Positions 37,550-51,000 of a DNA stretch of 64,000 nucleotides are shown piece by piece. Under the pieces are notes generated by a model. The model did no database searches. It was not told the DNA's origin and worked only from the letters and a program-made list of their open reading frames with translations. Origin of the DNA: Marsupella aquatica (Eukaryota > Plantae > Marchantiophyta); the NCBI GenBank assembly GCA_973895155.1, contig OZ316894.1, positions 4,674,944 through 4,738,943 of the forward strand. Reading direction: 5' to 3'. Position numbers and translations under genes: made by a program. The stretch's first letter is position 1, and the number at the start of each line of letters is the position of its first letter.

Positions 37550-38600
37550 TATGGCTGCCCACTATGGCAAATTGTGCAACATCCTTGCTGCCCGCTGCTT
37601 GCCCGGCTGCTGCACTGGCAGCCAAGCAGCCCCTGCCAAAACAAAACGCTACCAGGTGCTGCCCAAGCTGGGCATACAGTCAACTCGCCTATAATCGTTC
37701 CGCTTAGGATTCTGTGCTCTTACCCATAAGTGTACATATACCCTTCACATATTTGTCAGTCAGTGGAGCCCCCTTTGCACTTCCAGATTTGTCAGTCAGT
37801 GGAGATCTCTTTGCACTTATAAAGAGTGCAAAAAAAAGTGCAAAGTGGTCTGGGTACAGAGGGACCACCCAGCCTGTCAGCTGCTGCCCAAGCTGGTATA
37901 CAGTTGGGCAGGTATACAGTGAAGCTTCCACACTAGCTCCACATAGGATCTTGGGTCTTGCCCATAAAACGTATATATACCCTTGTAGAGTGTTTGCACT
38001 TACATATTTGAGGTTTACTGTAGCCCTCTTTTCACTTACAAGAGTGCAAAAAAGTGCAAAAATGTGCAAATGGTCAGGATACAAATCAAAGAATTGGACA
38101 CCTTGCAGTTAGACAGGGTTTAGGCTTAATGGATTATGCACTTCGGAAGTGCAAACTGCCTTGCTGCTGCCCAAGCTGGCATACATCAACTCAGTCCACA
38201 TATGATTCTGAGTCTCCACCCTTATAGAGGGTTTGCACTTACATATTTGTGATTCACTGGAGCCCTCTTTGCAATTGAAATAAGTACATCTGTATACAAA
38301 AGCAACAACCCATTACCTTACACTTATCCAGGGTCTGCACTTATGGAGTATGCAGTATGCACGTAGGAAGAGCCGACTCTATCAGTCTGCCCCGTGCTGC
38401 CCAAGCTGGCATATCAGTTAGCCCGCTGCTGCCCAAACTAGCATATCAGTCGGCCCTATGCTGCCCGAGCTGCCATGTCAGTGTTCCTTATGCTGCCCGA
38501 GCTGCCATGTCAGAGTTCCTCATACTGCCCGAGCTGCCATGTCAGTGTTCCTTATACTGCCCGCTTCTGCCCGTTGCTGCCCAAGCTGCCCGTAGACACT
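37550..38600. repeat. Nested repeat block: dispersed GCTGCCCAAGCTG motif plus ~220-280-bp higher-order units and a ~30-bp triple repeat
   Basis: GCTGCCC(A/G)AGCTG(G/C) at about 37658, 37883, 38166, 38396, 38428, 38460, 38492, 38526, 38576; GCACTTACATATTTG/GGAGCCCTCTTTGCA blocks recur between them. Confidence 0.8.
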
Positions 38601-40229
38601 GTCGTTCGTGTACACTGATTACAAGACTCCGGGAAAGCCTTTTTCTCGCGGTCTCAAATGCGATGCGCAAACGAACAACGAGCTGAGAAGTGAACCGAAC
38701 CAAATTGGAGAGCAGAAGAAGTGCAGCGCATTGCATTGCAGAGGAGCGGAGCGGAGAGGAGAGGACGAGCAGCAGCAGCAGCAGGAAAATGCTCCGAAGC
38801 CTTTCATTCGTCCGCCCAACAGCTCGATTCGGACTCTCAGTCACTGAATGCGGTAATGTGAATCCACTTTTGCTCTCTTCTTTGTTCCCACAGTCCCATT
38901 TCCATGAATGATTGAAGAGGGGTATTGGACGGATTGTTGCACGCCATTCCAATGTGGGTTCCCATTGCCTTCGATCCGTCTCGCTGGCTAATCCTTCGCT
39001 GTGTCGTACCGAGCTTCACCACTCTTCGGATGGGCGGATCTTGACCTTGACAAATAATGACATTTCTATGAAAGAAGTGAGAGGAGAACCGGTTGGCCTC
39101 ACATTTCTATGATCGAAGTGGGAGTCGATCTATCTTCTCACTGACCTCCTTACGCGCATGGAGGGTGATGGTCTGGTGGGCAAGTTTAAGAGCCTGAGCT
39201 ACAACGGAAATTCAAGATTTTCCCTGATCTCTCCTTCTCTCTCCCTCTCTGTCTCTATCTCTGTATGGGTTGGATCAGTGTTTGGTTATGTGAACGTCAG
39301 ACTCCTGGAAGGCACTGGAGAATGATGGTGGTCTCATGGCTCACTTGGGCCAATGTGGCCATGCAATTGCGTCATTGACTCTCTCTATCTCTATCTCTGA
39401 TGTGTGCTGAAATTGAATTGGGCCTCATCTCAACCTCTTTGGAGAATGATGTGGGTGTACCGTTTATGTGACATCGGATACTATGTCTGTTTCTCCTTCG
39501 CCGTAGTAGAAGGAGAAGTGTGAACGTTCTGTTTTGAGAAGGTCGGAAAGCAAGGGGCTGTTTATGTTTAGGATGGGGTTCTCACTTAGCATTGACGGCT
39601 GGGCGATTGGGCCGTCAATGGACGGTAAAAGGTCCGTGCATGACTGGCATTGCATACATATGGACAGCAGATCTGGATTATTGAAGTCAATTCAGAACTG
39701 TACATATATGTGAATCTCCATTGTGCCCAACCTTGTTCTCGTCGTGGGTTTACAATCTCGTGTCCTTCCCAGAGGAGGTGAGACCTGAAGTACAATTCAT
39801 TCATAAAGCAGTGGGCATTCATCGTTGCAAGCGAAATCCCTTGATTTTGAGAGTTGACAATGGATGCCATCTATGCTGAGATGATGTCTGTATGACTGGG
39901 CTGGCTGACGTTCCTCTTGGTGGACAGAATTGGCGGAGGATGCCGCATTATGCTATGGAGGAGCCGACCAATTCTGTCTCTCCTTCCGATCACCGCTAGA
40001 CAGTGAATCATTTGTGTTTTCACTGCTATCGACAGCAGAGGGCGCCAACGTGACAACAGTGGTCTCTTCTTGTGCTTATGGTGCTTTAGGCGCGAGCAGG
40101 AGACACGAGGTCTGTTGCCCATGTAAATAGAGCTCTCTGTTTTGCCTTCGTTGGAGGCAGAAAACATCGTGAAAGTGACGCAGCAGCATCCAATTTGCGA
40201 TTCGGTTGGTGGGTGTCGCCAAAATCAAA

Positions 40230-42027
40230 ATGGTGGGCTGTTTAAATTTTAGTTTAGTGGAGTACTTCCAGCGAAGAATTCAGGTGCTGTATAGGTCGTG
40301 TGGATTGGAGTCTCGATTGGTGGATCTCGAAGATGGCACGATAATGAAGTGCTGGATTCCCCAGAGAAATAAGGAGAGGGCAATTTCAATGTCATCGTCA
40401 AACCAGAAACCTCCTCTGGTGTTGCTGCATGCATTCGGAAGCTCAGGTAACTCATGGAACTATCAAGTGAAGCCCTTTTCGAAGCTTTTCGACCTTTACA
40501 TTCCGGATCTGCTTTTTTTCGGAGATTCTACGACGACCAGGACCGAAAGGTCGGAATTTTTCCAAGCAGATTGTGTGGGGAAAATGCTCCAGCAACTGAG
40601 TGTTCCCAAATACAGCGTCCTTGGGACAAGCTATGGAGGCTTTGTGGCGTACAGAATCGCCCACATGTACCCGGACTCGGTTGATAAACTCGTGATTTCC
40701 AGCTCGGGTGTGATCATGGATTCGTCATCGAATCAAAGATTGATGGACAAATGCAAAGTCAATGACATGAAGGAGATACTTCTGCCTACAACAGTGGAGG
40801 GACTGAGGAGAACCATGGGTTTGGCGTTTCACAAGCAGCTCCCGTTTCCGATTCCAAGATTCCTCATGGAAGACTATCTAGAGGTTTGTGGGCTCTTCAA
40901 ATGAATTTTAAAGCTAACTAAACAGATAGAGAATTAATTCAGCAGCTCCGATTGTCGATTGCAACATAAGTCTGTGAAGACTTTCGAGAAATTTGCATAA
41001 ATTCTCTGCACAATTGTGTCAGCTTCACCAACATGGCTGAATGGAAATCCAGAGCCCTTTGCAAACTGGATAGTAACTGACTTATTCTCGTACCATATCT
41101 TAAGCTCATGACCGTGTAAGAAAAGTTTTCTATTGAAGTCGGTTTAAATTTGATGAGACGTCATCGTACTTCATATTGTTTCCAACTCATCGACATTGAG
41201 TGCGCAGGTTATGAATAAAAACTTCGACGAAAGGGAAGAGCTTGCGGACTCTCTGGTCCTTGGCAACGACGAATCCCCACCTTTGCCTCCCGTTCCTCAG
41301 GTATGATGTGTTTATACTGGGCGATAAAGAGAGCTGGAGTGTAAATTTCTTTGTCTCATTAGTTCTCAAGGGCTTTGGACTTCATATTAAGACTCCTGCT
41401 CTAAATTCATAAACGTGCAGGACGTGCTCATCATGTGGGGAGAATTCGATCAGATATTCGACGTTCAGTTGGCTCATCAGCTGAAAGAGTGCGACTCTGA
41501 AACGTTATTTGAGCCTTTGTTTGCGTGGCTAGAAATATCTATGGTTGAGATCAAAATAGCTTGTTCGGAGTTATTGAATTCAAATTATTTGTCTGCTTGC
41601 TTTCAGTGTTCAAATAAAAGTTTGCCTCACCATGATTAATGTACTTGTAAGGTCCTTTATTGGTTATAACGGAAAGGAAGCCGTCACCATAAGATGCGGA
41701 AGCTGGTGTACCGTCAAGACGAAAGTCATGTTCCAAATGAACGTTGGTGGTTTGCAAAAATTGCATCTATGCATGCCAGAATACGGAGAATTTCGTGTAA
41801 CGCTTGGCATATGACGATGCAGGCATATTGGAGACAAAGCGAAGGTGGTGGTGCTGAAAAATTGCGCCCATGTTCCTCAAGTGGAGAGAGCGTCCGAGTA
41901 TAACACGCATGTTCTTTCTTTCTTAACCGATGGCCAATCAGACATTAAGGCAACTAGTCCTGGGAGGCGCTTTCCTTACCGCATTGGATTACCAGTGTCG
42001 AACAAGACAGCAGACAAGGCAGCTTAG
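40230..42027 (+). CDS. Alpha/beta-hydrolase (plant Abhydrolase_1/6, ABHD6-like); exons 40230-40883, 41208-41300, 41421-41488, 41823-42027
   Basis: LVLLHAFG, YIPDLLFFGDS, nucleophile elbow GTSYGG, acid WGEFDQIF, catalytic His CAHVPQVE; phase-consistent GT-AG introns. Confidence 0.92.
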
Positions 42028-43173
42028 TATAATCAGGACGTGCCCACGTTTACGATTCATCATTGTTTGAAGGTCAAAGGCAATATTGCAAATGCAGCTC
42101 CTTCGCGAGTTGGTTCGGTGCAATTTATGAAACTTGCAGCCTAAGGAAGCTCAAAGTAACAGTTAGCAGGTAGTTATACTTGCCTTCCTCTGGAGGCTAG
42201 ACTCCTGTCAATTTATAGAATGTCAGAATTCTGGCAAGATCCGAGACATTCTTGGCTGAAATTTTTTCAGTTTTTGTGATGGGGGCCCGACAATGGCCCC
42301 ATACGATATCCTCCCATGTGACCATATTCTCCCATGTGTATTGTCTGCTGTATATTGTAAGTATTGTACGAAGTATGGTCAAAATAGGAATGATTGCATA
42401 GTGCTGAGGCTAGTGTGCCCACAAACCTTTGGTCATGGGCCTGCTTTGATTTGTTAACATTATGGACACCGCACATTGAGAACACTTTTCTTGCCAGAGA
42501 TGGCATCTTGTCCCCTGCTGTCGAAAACGGAGACAATTGACTTAGTAAAAAATAAATTGATACGGAGTTACAGGTTCTCTGCATTTTGGTTTTTCCGAAG
42601 ATGTCTTGACATTTTGAACCTATTCGAACTTGACCCAACACTCAGAATGGTATCCTCCTATAGAAAATTGATAAAGTGAATTCAAGATTACAATGGCTCA
42701 AAGAAATTCACAATTGTGAACATGCATCTTCCATAACCTGAGATCCTAGAAGCGTGCCATTTTTGTAGGTTATTGATTTGAAGCAAAACCCCACATCTTT
42801 CACGATATTTGCATTATACAGGCGTGTCCAGAACTGCCAAATCCTGTCATGCACTACACATCCCCCGAAAATGATGATCCTTAAGACATCAAATCAGAAT
42901 GGATGACGATAAAAAAACAAAATTTAATGAGACTTCGGTCATTTGCTTGTAACGTGTCTGCCGAAATCACCAACTATGAAGATCACGCGAGGGTTTGCCA
43001 ACTGTGAATTTTCTATTTATAAGCTGACACTCAGGACAGGTCGGATACAGTGTCAAACTCTGCCTCCTCCGTTTTCTTCAGTGCCAAAACTCACCGTGTA
43101 TCACCGTCCTGTCGGGACGGGTGCTCAATGTACGTTTTCCTATATACAATTAACAAATCCGGTTCAACATTTC

Positions 43174-45921
43174 TCATCTTCCCAATCTCCTTGAACTGCG
43201 AGTCCTAAAAGATCTTCTATCCTCATCAACCTCGTGTCCATTCTCTTCCAAATCCTCGTCTTCCTCAGCATCTGGGGTTGCAGCACTTCGTTTTCTCCTT
43301 GATGTTCTTAGCTTTGGGGACTCATCTTCCTCATCATCTGAGGTTGCAGCACTTCGTTTTCTCCTTGATGTTCTTGGCTTCTGGGACGGTCTTCTATCCT
43401 CATCAACATCGTGTCCATTCTCTTCCAGATCCTCGTCTTCCTCATCATCTGAGGTTGTGGCACTTCGTTTCCTCCTTGATCTTCTTGGTTTTTTGGATAT
43501 CTGGACAGGCTCTTGGGTGGCTATGGGTTCGGTGTACTCGTCATCTTCAATACGTTCCTCATCTCCAGACCCTTCGTTTTCAACAGGTTGAGCCCATTCA
43601 CTTCTACAACCAGAACATTTTGGCCTCTGCAGGAAATGAGTCAATTCCTAATCAGTACACTTATTTTCCACTGCTTACATCCAAAGACCAGGAACGATGC
43701 CAGTGAACACTTATTGTCGTTGTCATCTTGAAGCACCTCAAGGTTTTTGGGTCGAAGCTCATCATAAGTGAAATCATACAAAGTGAAACAGCGAGTCCCC
43801 AATAGAGATACCTGGTTACGAGATTGAGACCCTCTGGCGAGACAGTATTCATGTACTCGCTTGGAGCAGTCTCTAGTGCTGCACAACTGGGCCTGTTCCA
43901 TAGGGTAAATTTAAGTCAGAGGGTTAGATATTTACAGTCTGCCCTCGCTAAACTTCACATTTATACAGATCCGCCTATAGGTTAGATCCCCATGTTAGGA
44001 CCGGAAACAACTGCCAACTTTCGTAACCATCTGTAAACTGTCACATACGTAAAACTACCTGTAAATTGTTGTCCATTAAATGTAAATTACATTAAAAAAA
44101 AGTGTAACTTCAGTGTTAACTTTTCAAACCCACATATTAGTTTATATGTCCTAGTAAGTCCTAGTGTATAAAACAGCCCGGGTCTTTGAACAACCTTTCA
44201 ACCCAACAGAAACTAGTTTCCTTTAAATAATCCATGGACATGGATTCATTTATTTAGTGAACAACAGGACAAAGCGAAAGACTATTGGAATGAAGAGTGG
44301 ATTTGCTACCTTAATCGCAGCTTCGTTGCAGATCTCACAGAAAGGCACCTCCAGGTTTCTAAATACACTTCGGAGCTCCAGAAAGGCCTTCACTCCCAAC
44401 GCCACCTCTCCGCCATCAGTGCGACTAAGCAATTGCTCAGCCACCAGCAAGGACAAAGCTTCTTCCCTAGCTTGCATTGACAATTTAATTGGAGCGGTCT
44501 GGGTATTGGCATTTTGAGAATCGGCCTGCTGCAGTCATCAGTGAAGAGTCACGACCAGTCAGCACAGAATTCGTCTCTCCAATTAGGATCTTGTGCATGC
44601 TGAACATTCCAATCTGCTTCAATTCTTATGGCCAAACCATGTAAGTCTCGATGATAACCATGCGACATGACAATTTACCTCGATTTCCAGTTCCTTCAAG
44701 TCTAATTCAACCCATCTAGAAACTAAGAGTTCCCCGTGGAGCTAATTGTGCTCCAATGAACATCTATCGGATGTTGTGCGAAGAATGAGCAAGCGAGTTG
44801 AAGCAAACGGGTTGCAGGGAGATGATATGTTTTATAAAAAAAAGGCAGATGACTACTACTTGACTAATTGTCTACGAGTCCAACTACACTCGCACATCCA
44901 TGAACATAAAGCCACAATGCTAGGAGTTCTGTCAAAGGTAGGGAACAATAACAAGTCATCGTATGTGCCTTACGAGACGAGACTCTTCTCTGCAAGACTT
45001 CACAATCCATTCAAGACTGCTATGCCAGCACTTAGAACTCATTTGAGCGGAATACCTGTGGTTCGAGCTTGAGGTACATAGTATGCATGCTTGGTATGAT
45101 GCCACTTGCAGTGGGTTCTTGAACTATGGCTTCCATCTGCATTTCCAAAAATAAGGAATCTCACTTGACACAATTTGTGGAATTCTTCCGATGCGTTACC
45201 CTTTCATCTGACCTACGATGGAGCTACAAGTACAGTATCTACTAGAGTACCTTTGTTATCTTACTTGGAGCCTGTTGCCGTATGTTTAGAGGACTCGTGT
45301 CAGATGAAAGATCCAAACGACCTCATTTTTTCAAGGTCAAAGTTTATGAGATAGAAATATTGCCAAATTTATTCCAGAACTTTGCGAATCATTCAGTCCA
45401 CAGAGAGAGAGGTACAGTGTTCTGACCACAGCTTTGAAGAACAAGATCTGAGCCTGAGTAAACTGGGTTCCCAGCTTGGCCTCCTTACTAGGCAGCGTGT
45501 TAATGATACCGTAGAACTCTTTCCCATCATACTGATTCATAACCTTCTTCACTTCCAATTGCACGAAATCAAGCTCCTTGTTGATGGCGAGGAGGAACTG
45601 AACGAATCCTTCACCTGCAAACCAAAACAACTGATATTCAATCACCCTACTACTACATCCCTGCGAAAGCTAGATCTTGGGGCATACCACTGATTCTTCG
45701 CCGCAATCGTAAACGATGAATAATAATAACACTCGCAATACTGCCAGGGAAGGATTGGTAATCGAAGAAGAATCTAACAGTAAAATGCAGAAATCCGAAC
45801 CGGTTGGAAGAACGAGCGACTTGTACATTCCCATCGTCGCTTTCTCTGAGAGCGGGCCCCTCTTCATAACCGCCTGCAGAAAAGTATGGTGATTCGCATC
45901 CAGCCTCGTGGAAGGAGCCAT
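43174..45921 (-). CDS. NSE1: Non-structural maintenance of chromosomes element 1 (SMC5/6 RING-like subunit); exons 45921-45801, 45614-45427, 45136-45056, 44525(or 44528)-44310, 43892-43812, 43626-43174
   Basis: HHTFLQAVMKRGPL; INKELDFVQLEVK...NQYDGKEFYGIIN...KLGTQF...QILFFKAV; LGVKAFLELRSVF; RING-like CEICNE...C...C...HEYC...CSGC...W. Confidence 0.93.
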
Positions 45922-46699
45922 CGCTTTCGAGGAGATCAGAAACTACGGTTCCAAGCTCAAGACACAACAAAACCAAACGGCAAAATGGTGGGCTAGAAGT
46001 GCCCTCACGAAGCCATTGTCCTCTGGCTCCAATTTGGGTGAACGAGTCTTAGATCCCTTGAGGAATTGAGGAAGAGAGCGATTGAAAAGGGCAAAACCCT
46101 CCAAACCCTCTCTACACCATAATTTGAAAACTCCCTCCAAAAATCGAAACCTAAGGGCATCCCCAACCCCTAAGAGAGCATCCCCATGGGTCCCCCTATT
46201 CCCAACCCCATATAGGGGTCAATGGTGAGGCAGCTGGGGTTTGGGGCCGTCCTTGCCGGATTGCACTTGGACCTGATCCCCACCAATGAAGAGCACCCTG
46301 GGAGAGGATGCAGAGACCAGTGAACATTGATGAGCGATGTCTGCAGAAAAAAAATTGGATAATAGGTGCCGCCCACACATTTAGGCGACACTTGGTGGGG
46401 GTGGGTACTGCACTTCCCAACTTGCCAGTTCTGGCGCACAAGACTCACAGATTGCCGGGCCTGCATTAAAAAAGAGTTTTAGTGATCACCTCTAGCCAAA
46501 GTTGCTGCTGGCCAGGAATATAAATTGAGCGGGAACTGCCCGGCCAATTTGCTGGCCGAGCATTCAAACTGAGCATTGCAAAACCCTTGCCGAATTGAAT
46601 TACTGTCCAGTAAATAGTAAGATCAGCCCCACTGGTGCAACAATGTAGTGGACTACATGACTGCAGTAAATATACATCACAGTTTCAAATAACCAAATG

Positions 46700-47620
46700 C
46701 GTCAAACTGGGAGACAAGATCCCAAAGGAATAGACCCAACCCAACTGAAACCAATTTAGGAGACACAATCCCAAGGGCATGAGACCCAATAGAGGGAAGA
46801 AACAAGAGAAAACCTCAAGAAGACCCAAGAAGACAAAGCAGCCAAACCAAACTGGGACTAAAGATCCCAAAGCCAGACTGGCACTTAATAACCCAAAGTC
46901 AGGAGACCCAATAAGGGGGAGAAAACAAGAGAAAAGCACAAAACTGAGAATTAATATCCCAAAAGAAGGAGACCCAATAAAGGGGAGAAACAAAAGAGAA
47001 CCCCAAGACAATGAAAAGGCCATACCAAACTGGAAGTTAAGAACCCAAATGGGGGAGACCCAATAGAGGGGACAAACAAGGAGAAGAACCCAAAAAGACT
47101 CGAGAGCGTGGACAACCAATAAAGAGGAGAAAACAAGAGAGGAACCCAGGGAGTCCAAAGAGCCAAAACAAATTTCACACACAAGGCAGGAGACCCAATA
47201 AAGGGGAGAAAACAAGAGAACAACCCAAGACGATCAAAAAGCCAGGACACCCAATAGAGGGGAGGAAACAAGAGGAAAACCCAGGAAGACCAAAGGGCAA
47301 AAAAAAACCAAGAGTACCAAAGAGCCTGGACACCCCATACAGGTGGAGAAAAAGAGAAAACCCAGGAATATCAAAGAGCCTAAAAACCTTAGAGTCAATT
47401 AACCCAAGACCCCCAAAGAGCCAGGACACCCATCAAGGCCAATTATAGGGAGAAAACACGAGAGAAACCCATGGATACCAAAGAGCCAAAATACTCAAGA
47501 GTCCTGCACGGAAGGAGAAAACAAGAGAACAACCCAAGAAGACCAAAGAGCCAGGACACCCAACAAAATGGAGACAAGGAGTGAGAAACCAGGAACACCA
47601 TAGAGCAAAACACTGAGTCT
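46700..47620. repeat. Purine-rich array: about 11 copies of GGAGACCCAATA(G/A)AGGGGAGAAAACAAGAG with variable linkers
   Basis: Cores near 46781, 46902, 46968, 47054, 47113, 47189, 47245, 47328, 47437, 47505, 47554; strong A/G strand bias. Confidence 0.88.
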
Positions 47621-47737
47621 GACACCAAAGTCTCGTCATACTCCTCCATCATTGTGAGACCCATATTCAAGAGGGTAATGTTCAAGGGCTGTCCTCAAAA
47701 ATTGAGACAGTTTCAAGAGTGCACTCCTCTAACCAAC

Positions 47738-47810
47738 TGGCTTAGGTCAGCTCACTAGGGGATTAGCCTGAAACTGAAAAGTTCCAGGTTCAATCCCCCC
47801 TCCACAGGGA
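47738..47810 (+). other. Possible tRNA-derived SINE head (Pol III B-box-like)
   Basis: AAGTTCCAGGTTCAATCCC resembles the tRNA T-arm/B box; A box weak and no complete cloverleaf. Confidence 0.25.
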
Positions 47811-48019
47811 TGTAAAGGATAAATGTGAGTGGGGGTGGGATGGGAGTTTTGATTATCTCCTCAACCCCCTATGTCCACATTGCAGCCCTAATCTAATACT
47901 CTCCCTGGTGCAGGTCTCTAGATCCATGGATGCTCACCCTTAAATGTGTTCCCTACAATGAATGTATGTCACTATTGGGGTGGGAATAGTCTACAAAGTG
48001 TTCTTCCTTTAAACATTTG

Positions 48020-51000
48020 CTTTTTTATTTATAATATTGGGCCACAAAAACCCCGTGGAAGGGGGGGGGGGGGGGACCAGCCCACAACCAGGAATTCACA
48101 CAATTCCACCAAAACCATCAAACCACCAACCAACCAACAGCCAACCAAACCAAAAGCCCACAACCAGGAATTCACCCAATTCCACCAAAACCGAACTAAA
48201 ACACCTCACAACACAATCCTTTTAGCAGCCGCCCTCAGCATAATCTAAGACTATACCAAAACCTATGGAGGCCACAACAGCCTCAACCAGATGTAATCCA
48301 GCAATCCCTTCGTCACATTCAAGCAATCCTCTCCTTGTTAATCATTTGTTTCACTCTCAGCAGTCTAGTCCTTTTGTTACTCATTGGTAATGTAAGCACA
48401 ACTGCAGCAACATGGTCTGTAGTCTCAGATAAAATAAACGTATGTCAAATTTACGAACCCCTTCAGTCTGAAATGTGTGCTCGTTGAGGCCCAATCATAA
48501 GGCCCAAAGAATCTGGTACACTACAAACAGCTTCAATATCTTCAGATGCTCCTTCCCTCACGCCGAGTCAATCATCCCCATCAGCCCCACATTATAGTCA
48601 GTAAAGATACCTCCAAAGCACTGCACACAAAGTGACCAGCACTTCTGTGCATGCAAACATCCCACAAACAGGTGTGGAATGGACTCAGAGATGTCAGGGC
48701 ACAATTTGCACTCTCCATTACCCTTGCCAATCTTCATTGCCCTCACCCCAGTGAAAAGCCTCGATGCCACAACCCTCCAAAGAAAGGTCTTAGCCCGCAT
48801 TGAGATGTCCGAGCCCCAGATCCCAGCCCAGCCCACTCTCCATTCAAACTCTGTCTTCAAAATCCCCCACGGTCTGTTCAGGCTCTCTAAGTCCTTCACT
48901 TCTGGCCTCAGAAGCAAATATGCTCTCTTATTTTGTAATTTGAAAATTCTCAGCAATGTAGCGCTGTCAGTCCAGCACTAGCACGCAGGGCCCGGATCGT
49001 ACCCCCATTTGCATTGTGTAGTACTTGTCAGCATCACCATAAATCTTTGTCCCAAAATCATATGCTCGCTTGTAAAGCCCCTTAGATGTGCCCATCTCTC
49101 CGTCATCACTCTCCAACCAGTCCCATCCCTCGACCACAGGTCCTGGATTCTCCTAAGGCCCAAACGGCCACAAATACAGTCACTACTGCCATCTCTTCTC
49201 TACTCCACGATTGGGATCCCTTCGTGTAGCGAAGCAAATCTCCAATCGACCATCTGCCCGACACTGTTTCAGTTGGGCAAAATATCAGATGTGCTCTCAA
49301 CAATTCCCACGCTTTCCAGAGTCCCCTTGTGTACGCCAGACCATGCCATGCCCCAGGGCTGCACAACAGCATCTTGTCCTGAAATGTGTACCCATTTCCT
49401 CTAACCACTTTATAGTTGGCCCAACCAATCAGATTTAGATTTACAGCAAACATCTTAGCCCATTCTGAGTCGGGGTGGTCCAAAGCTCTAGTGAACCATT
49501 TTGAAAGCAGCGCATCCGAGTGAGTTTGGAAGTCTTTAAAACCAGGTCCCCCATCCACTTTAGGTCTTGATATGCAAGCCCGCGAGACCAGTGGCACCCT
49601 TCTTCCCCCTTCCTTGTTATGTCCCCACAGAAAATCCCTACACAAAGCTGTCATCTTCCGTGCCAGACTCGTTGACGCCTTCATGAACATGGTGTGGTAT
49701 ATTGGTATTGCTAGTAAAATGTGTCTGACCAGAAGCGATTGCCCCGTAAAAGTTAGCATCGATCTTATTGGACCAAGCAGATAATCTCTTACCAATCTTA
49801 TCTAAGCAGAAACTATGCAGCTGTTCCGTCTTCAAATCTACACCAAAGGTGCCCCCAGATACTTTTGGAGCTCACCCCTAGCACTAATTACACACCTTGT
49901 GTTACTCAGCCAGCTGGGAATAACCAACATTGTTAGCAGTATCATAATATATTTGTGTAAATTAACCCTAGCCCCAGTTGCCGACTCATAGCATTGAATT
50001 GCCACCTTTGCCCTTTGAATGCTTCTTTCTGTCGCAGGTATGAACATCCCCAGATCATCCTCAAAGAATCTATAGCAAACAATAAGTTGTCGAGAAACCT
50101 GAATCCCATCTAACCGCCCAACCCCAATTTCAGCATCCATATAATTCATCAAGGGTTGCATTGAAATGACAAAAAGAAGCAGCAAAAATGGGCAGCCCTG
50201 CCTTACCCCCTGGCTCAAACCTATTTTTGTAGAGATCATCCCGTTCACACGGGCGTTCACATATACCTCGAAGATGCCTGCAACAACAATGCCTACACTA
50301 GCCTAATGAACTGCCCGCTTATTCTCAACATATGCATAGATTCACATATATAACTCTGGTCTACCCTATCGAAGGCCTTCTCAAAATCAAGCTTAAGAAA
50401 TAACGCTTCTACTCTACGATTCTTTGCTCAGTCAAACATTAATCAGGCTAGGGAGATGTTTTCAAGTATGTTCCTTCTTGGGATAAAACCGGTTTGTTGA
50501 GGGCTGATTAGCCTTGGCAGAATGCGAATTAATCTTAGTGCTAGAATCTTGGCAATTAACTTGTATATTGTATTCAACATGGTGAGTGGTCTCCAATCTC
50601 TCAGAAATCTCTTGTCTGGCTTCTTCAGGATAAATTTAATCATTCCTTCTTTGAGCCCAATAGCCATGTTGCCTGTCAACCAGAATTCCTGCACCCTTGC
50701 TACCAGATCCCCTTGCATAAATTCCCAGCATGCTTGATATACTTCCACCATGAGCCCATCTGGACCAGGCGCCTTATCCTTAGGCAGCATCCACATTACC
50801 TCTTTTTATTTCCTTATTCGTTGGTAGTCTTTCCAGCATGTTTATCTCCGCTATGGTGAGAGTACACCTCGTGTGTGCCAATAGCTTTCTTCTTGCACTC
50901 AATGTTTCTGCCTTCTCTTCTCTGGAAGGCTCACCAGGTGCATAAAGTTCCATGCAAGTCTTCTCAAGTTCTCTCAATATCATCACAGGATCCATGATCT

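Noticed and set aside
46685-47685. Hydrophobic membrane-protein-like minus-strand ORFs; CRISPR-like array
   Set aside because: Artefact of translating the T/C-rich strand of a tandem array; the linkers are mutually similar rather than unique spacers.
47738-47810. Functional tRNA gene
   Set aside because: Only the B-box/T-arm-like part fits; acceptor and D stems cannot be formed.
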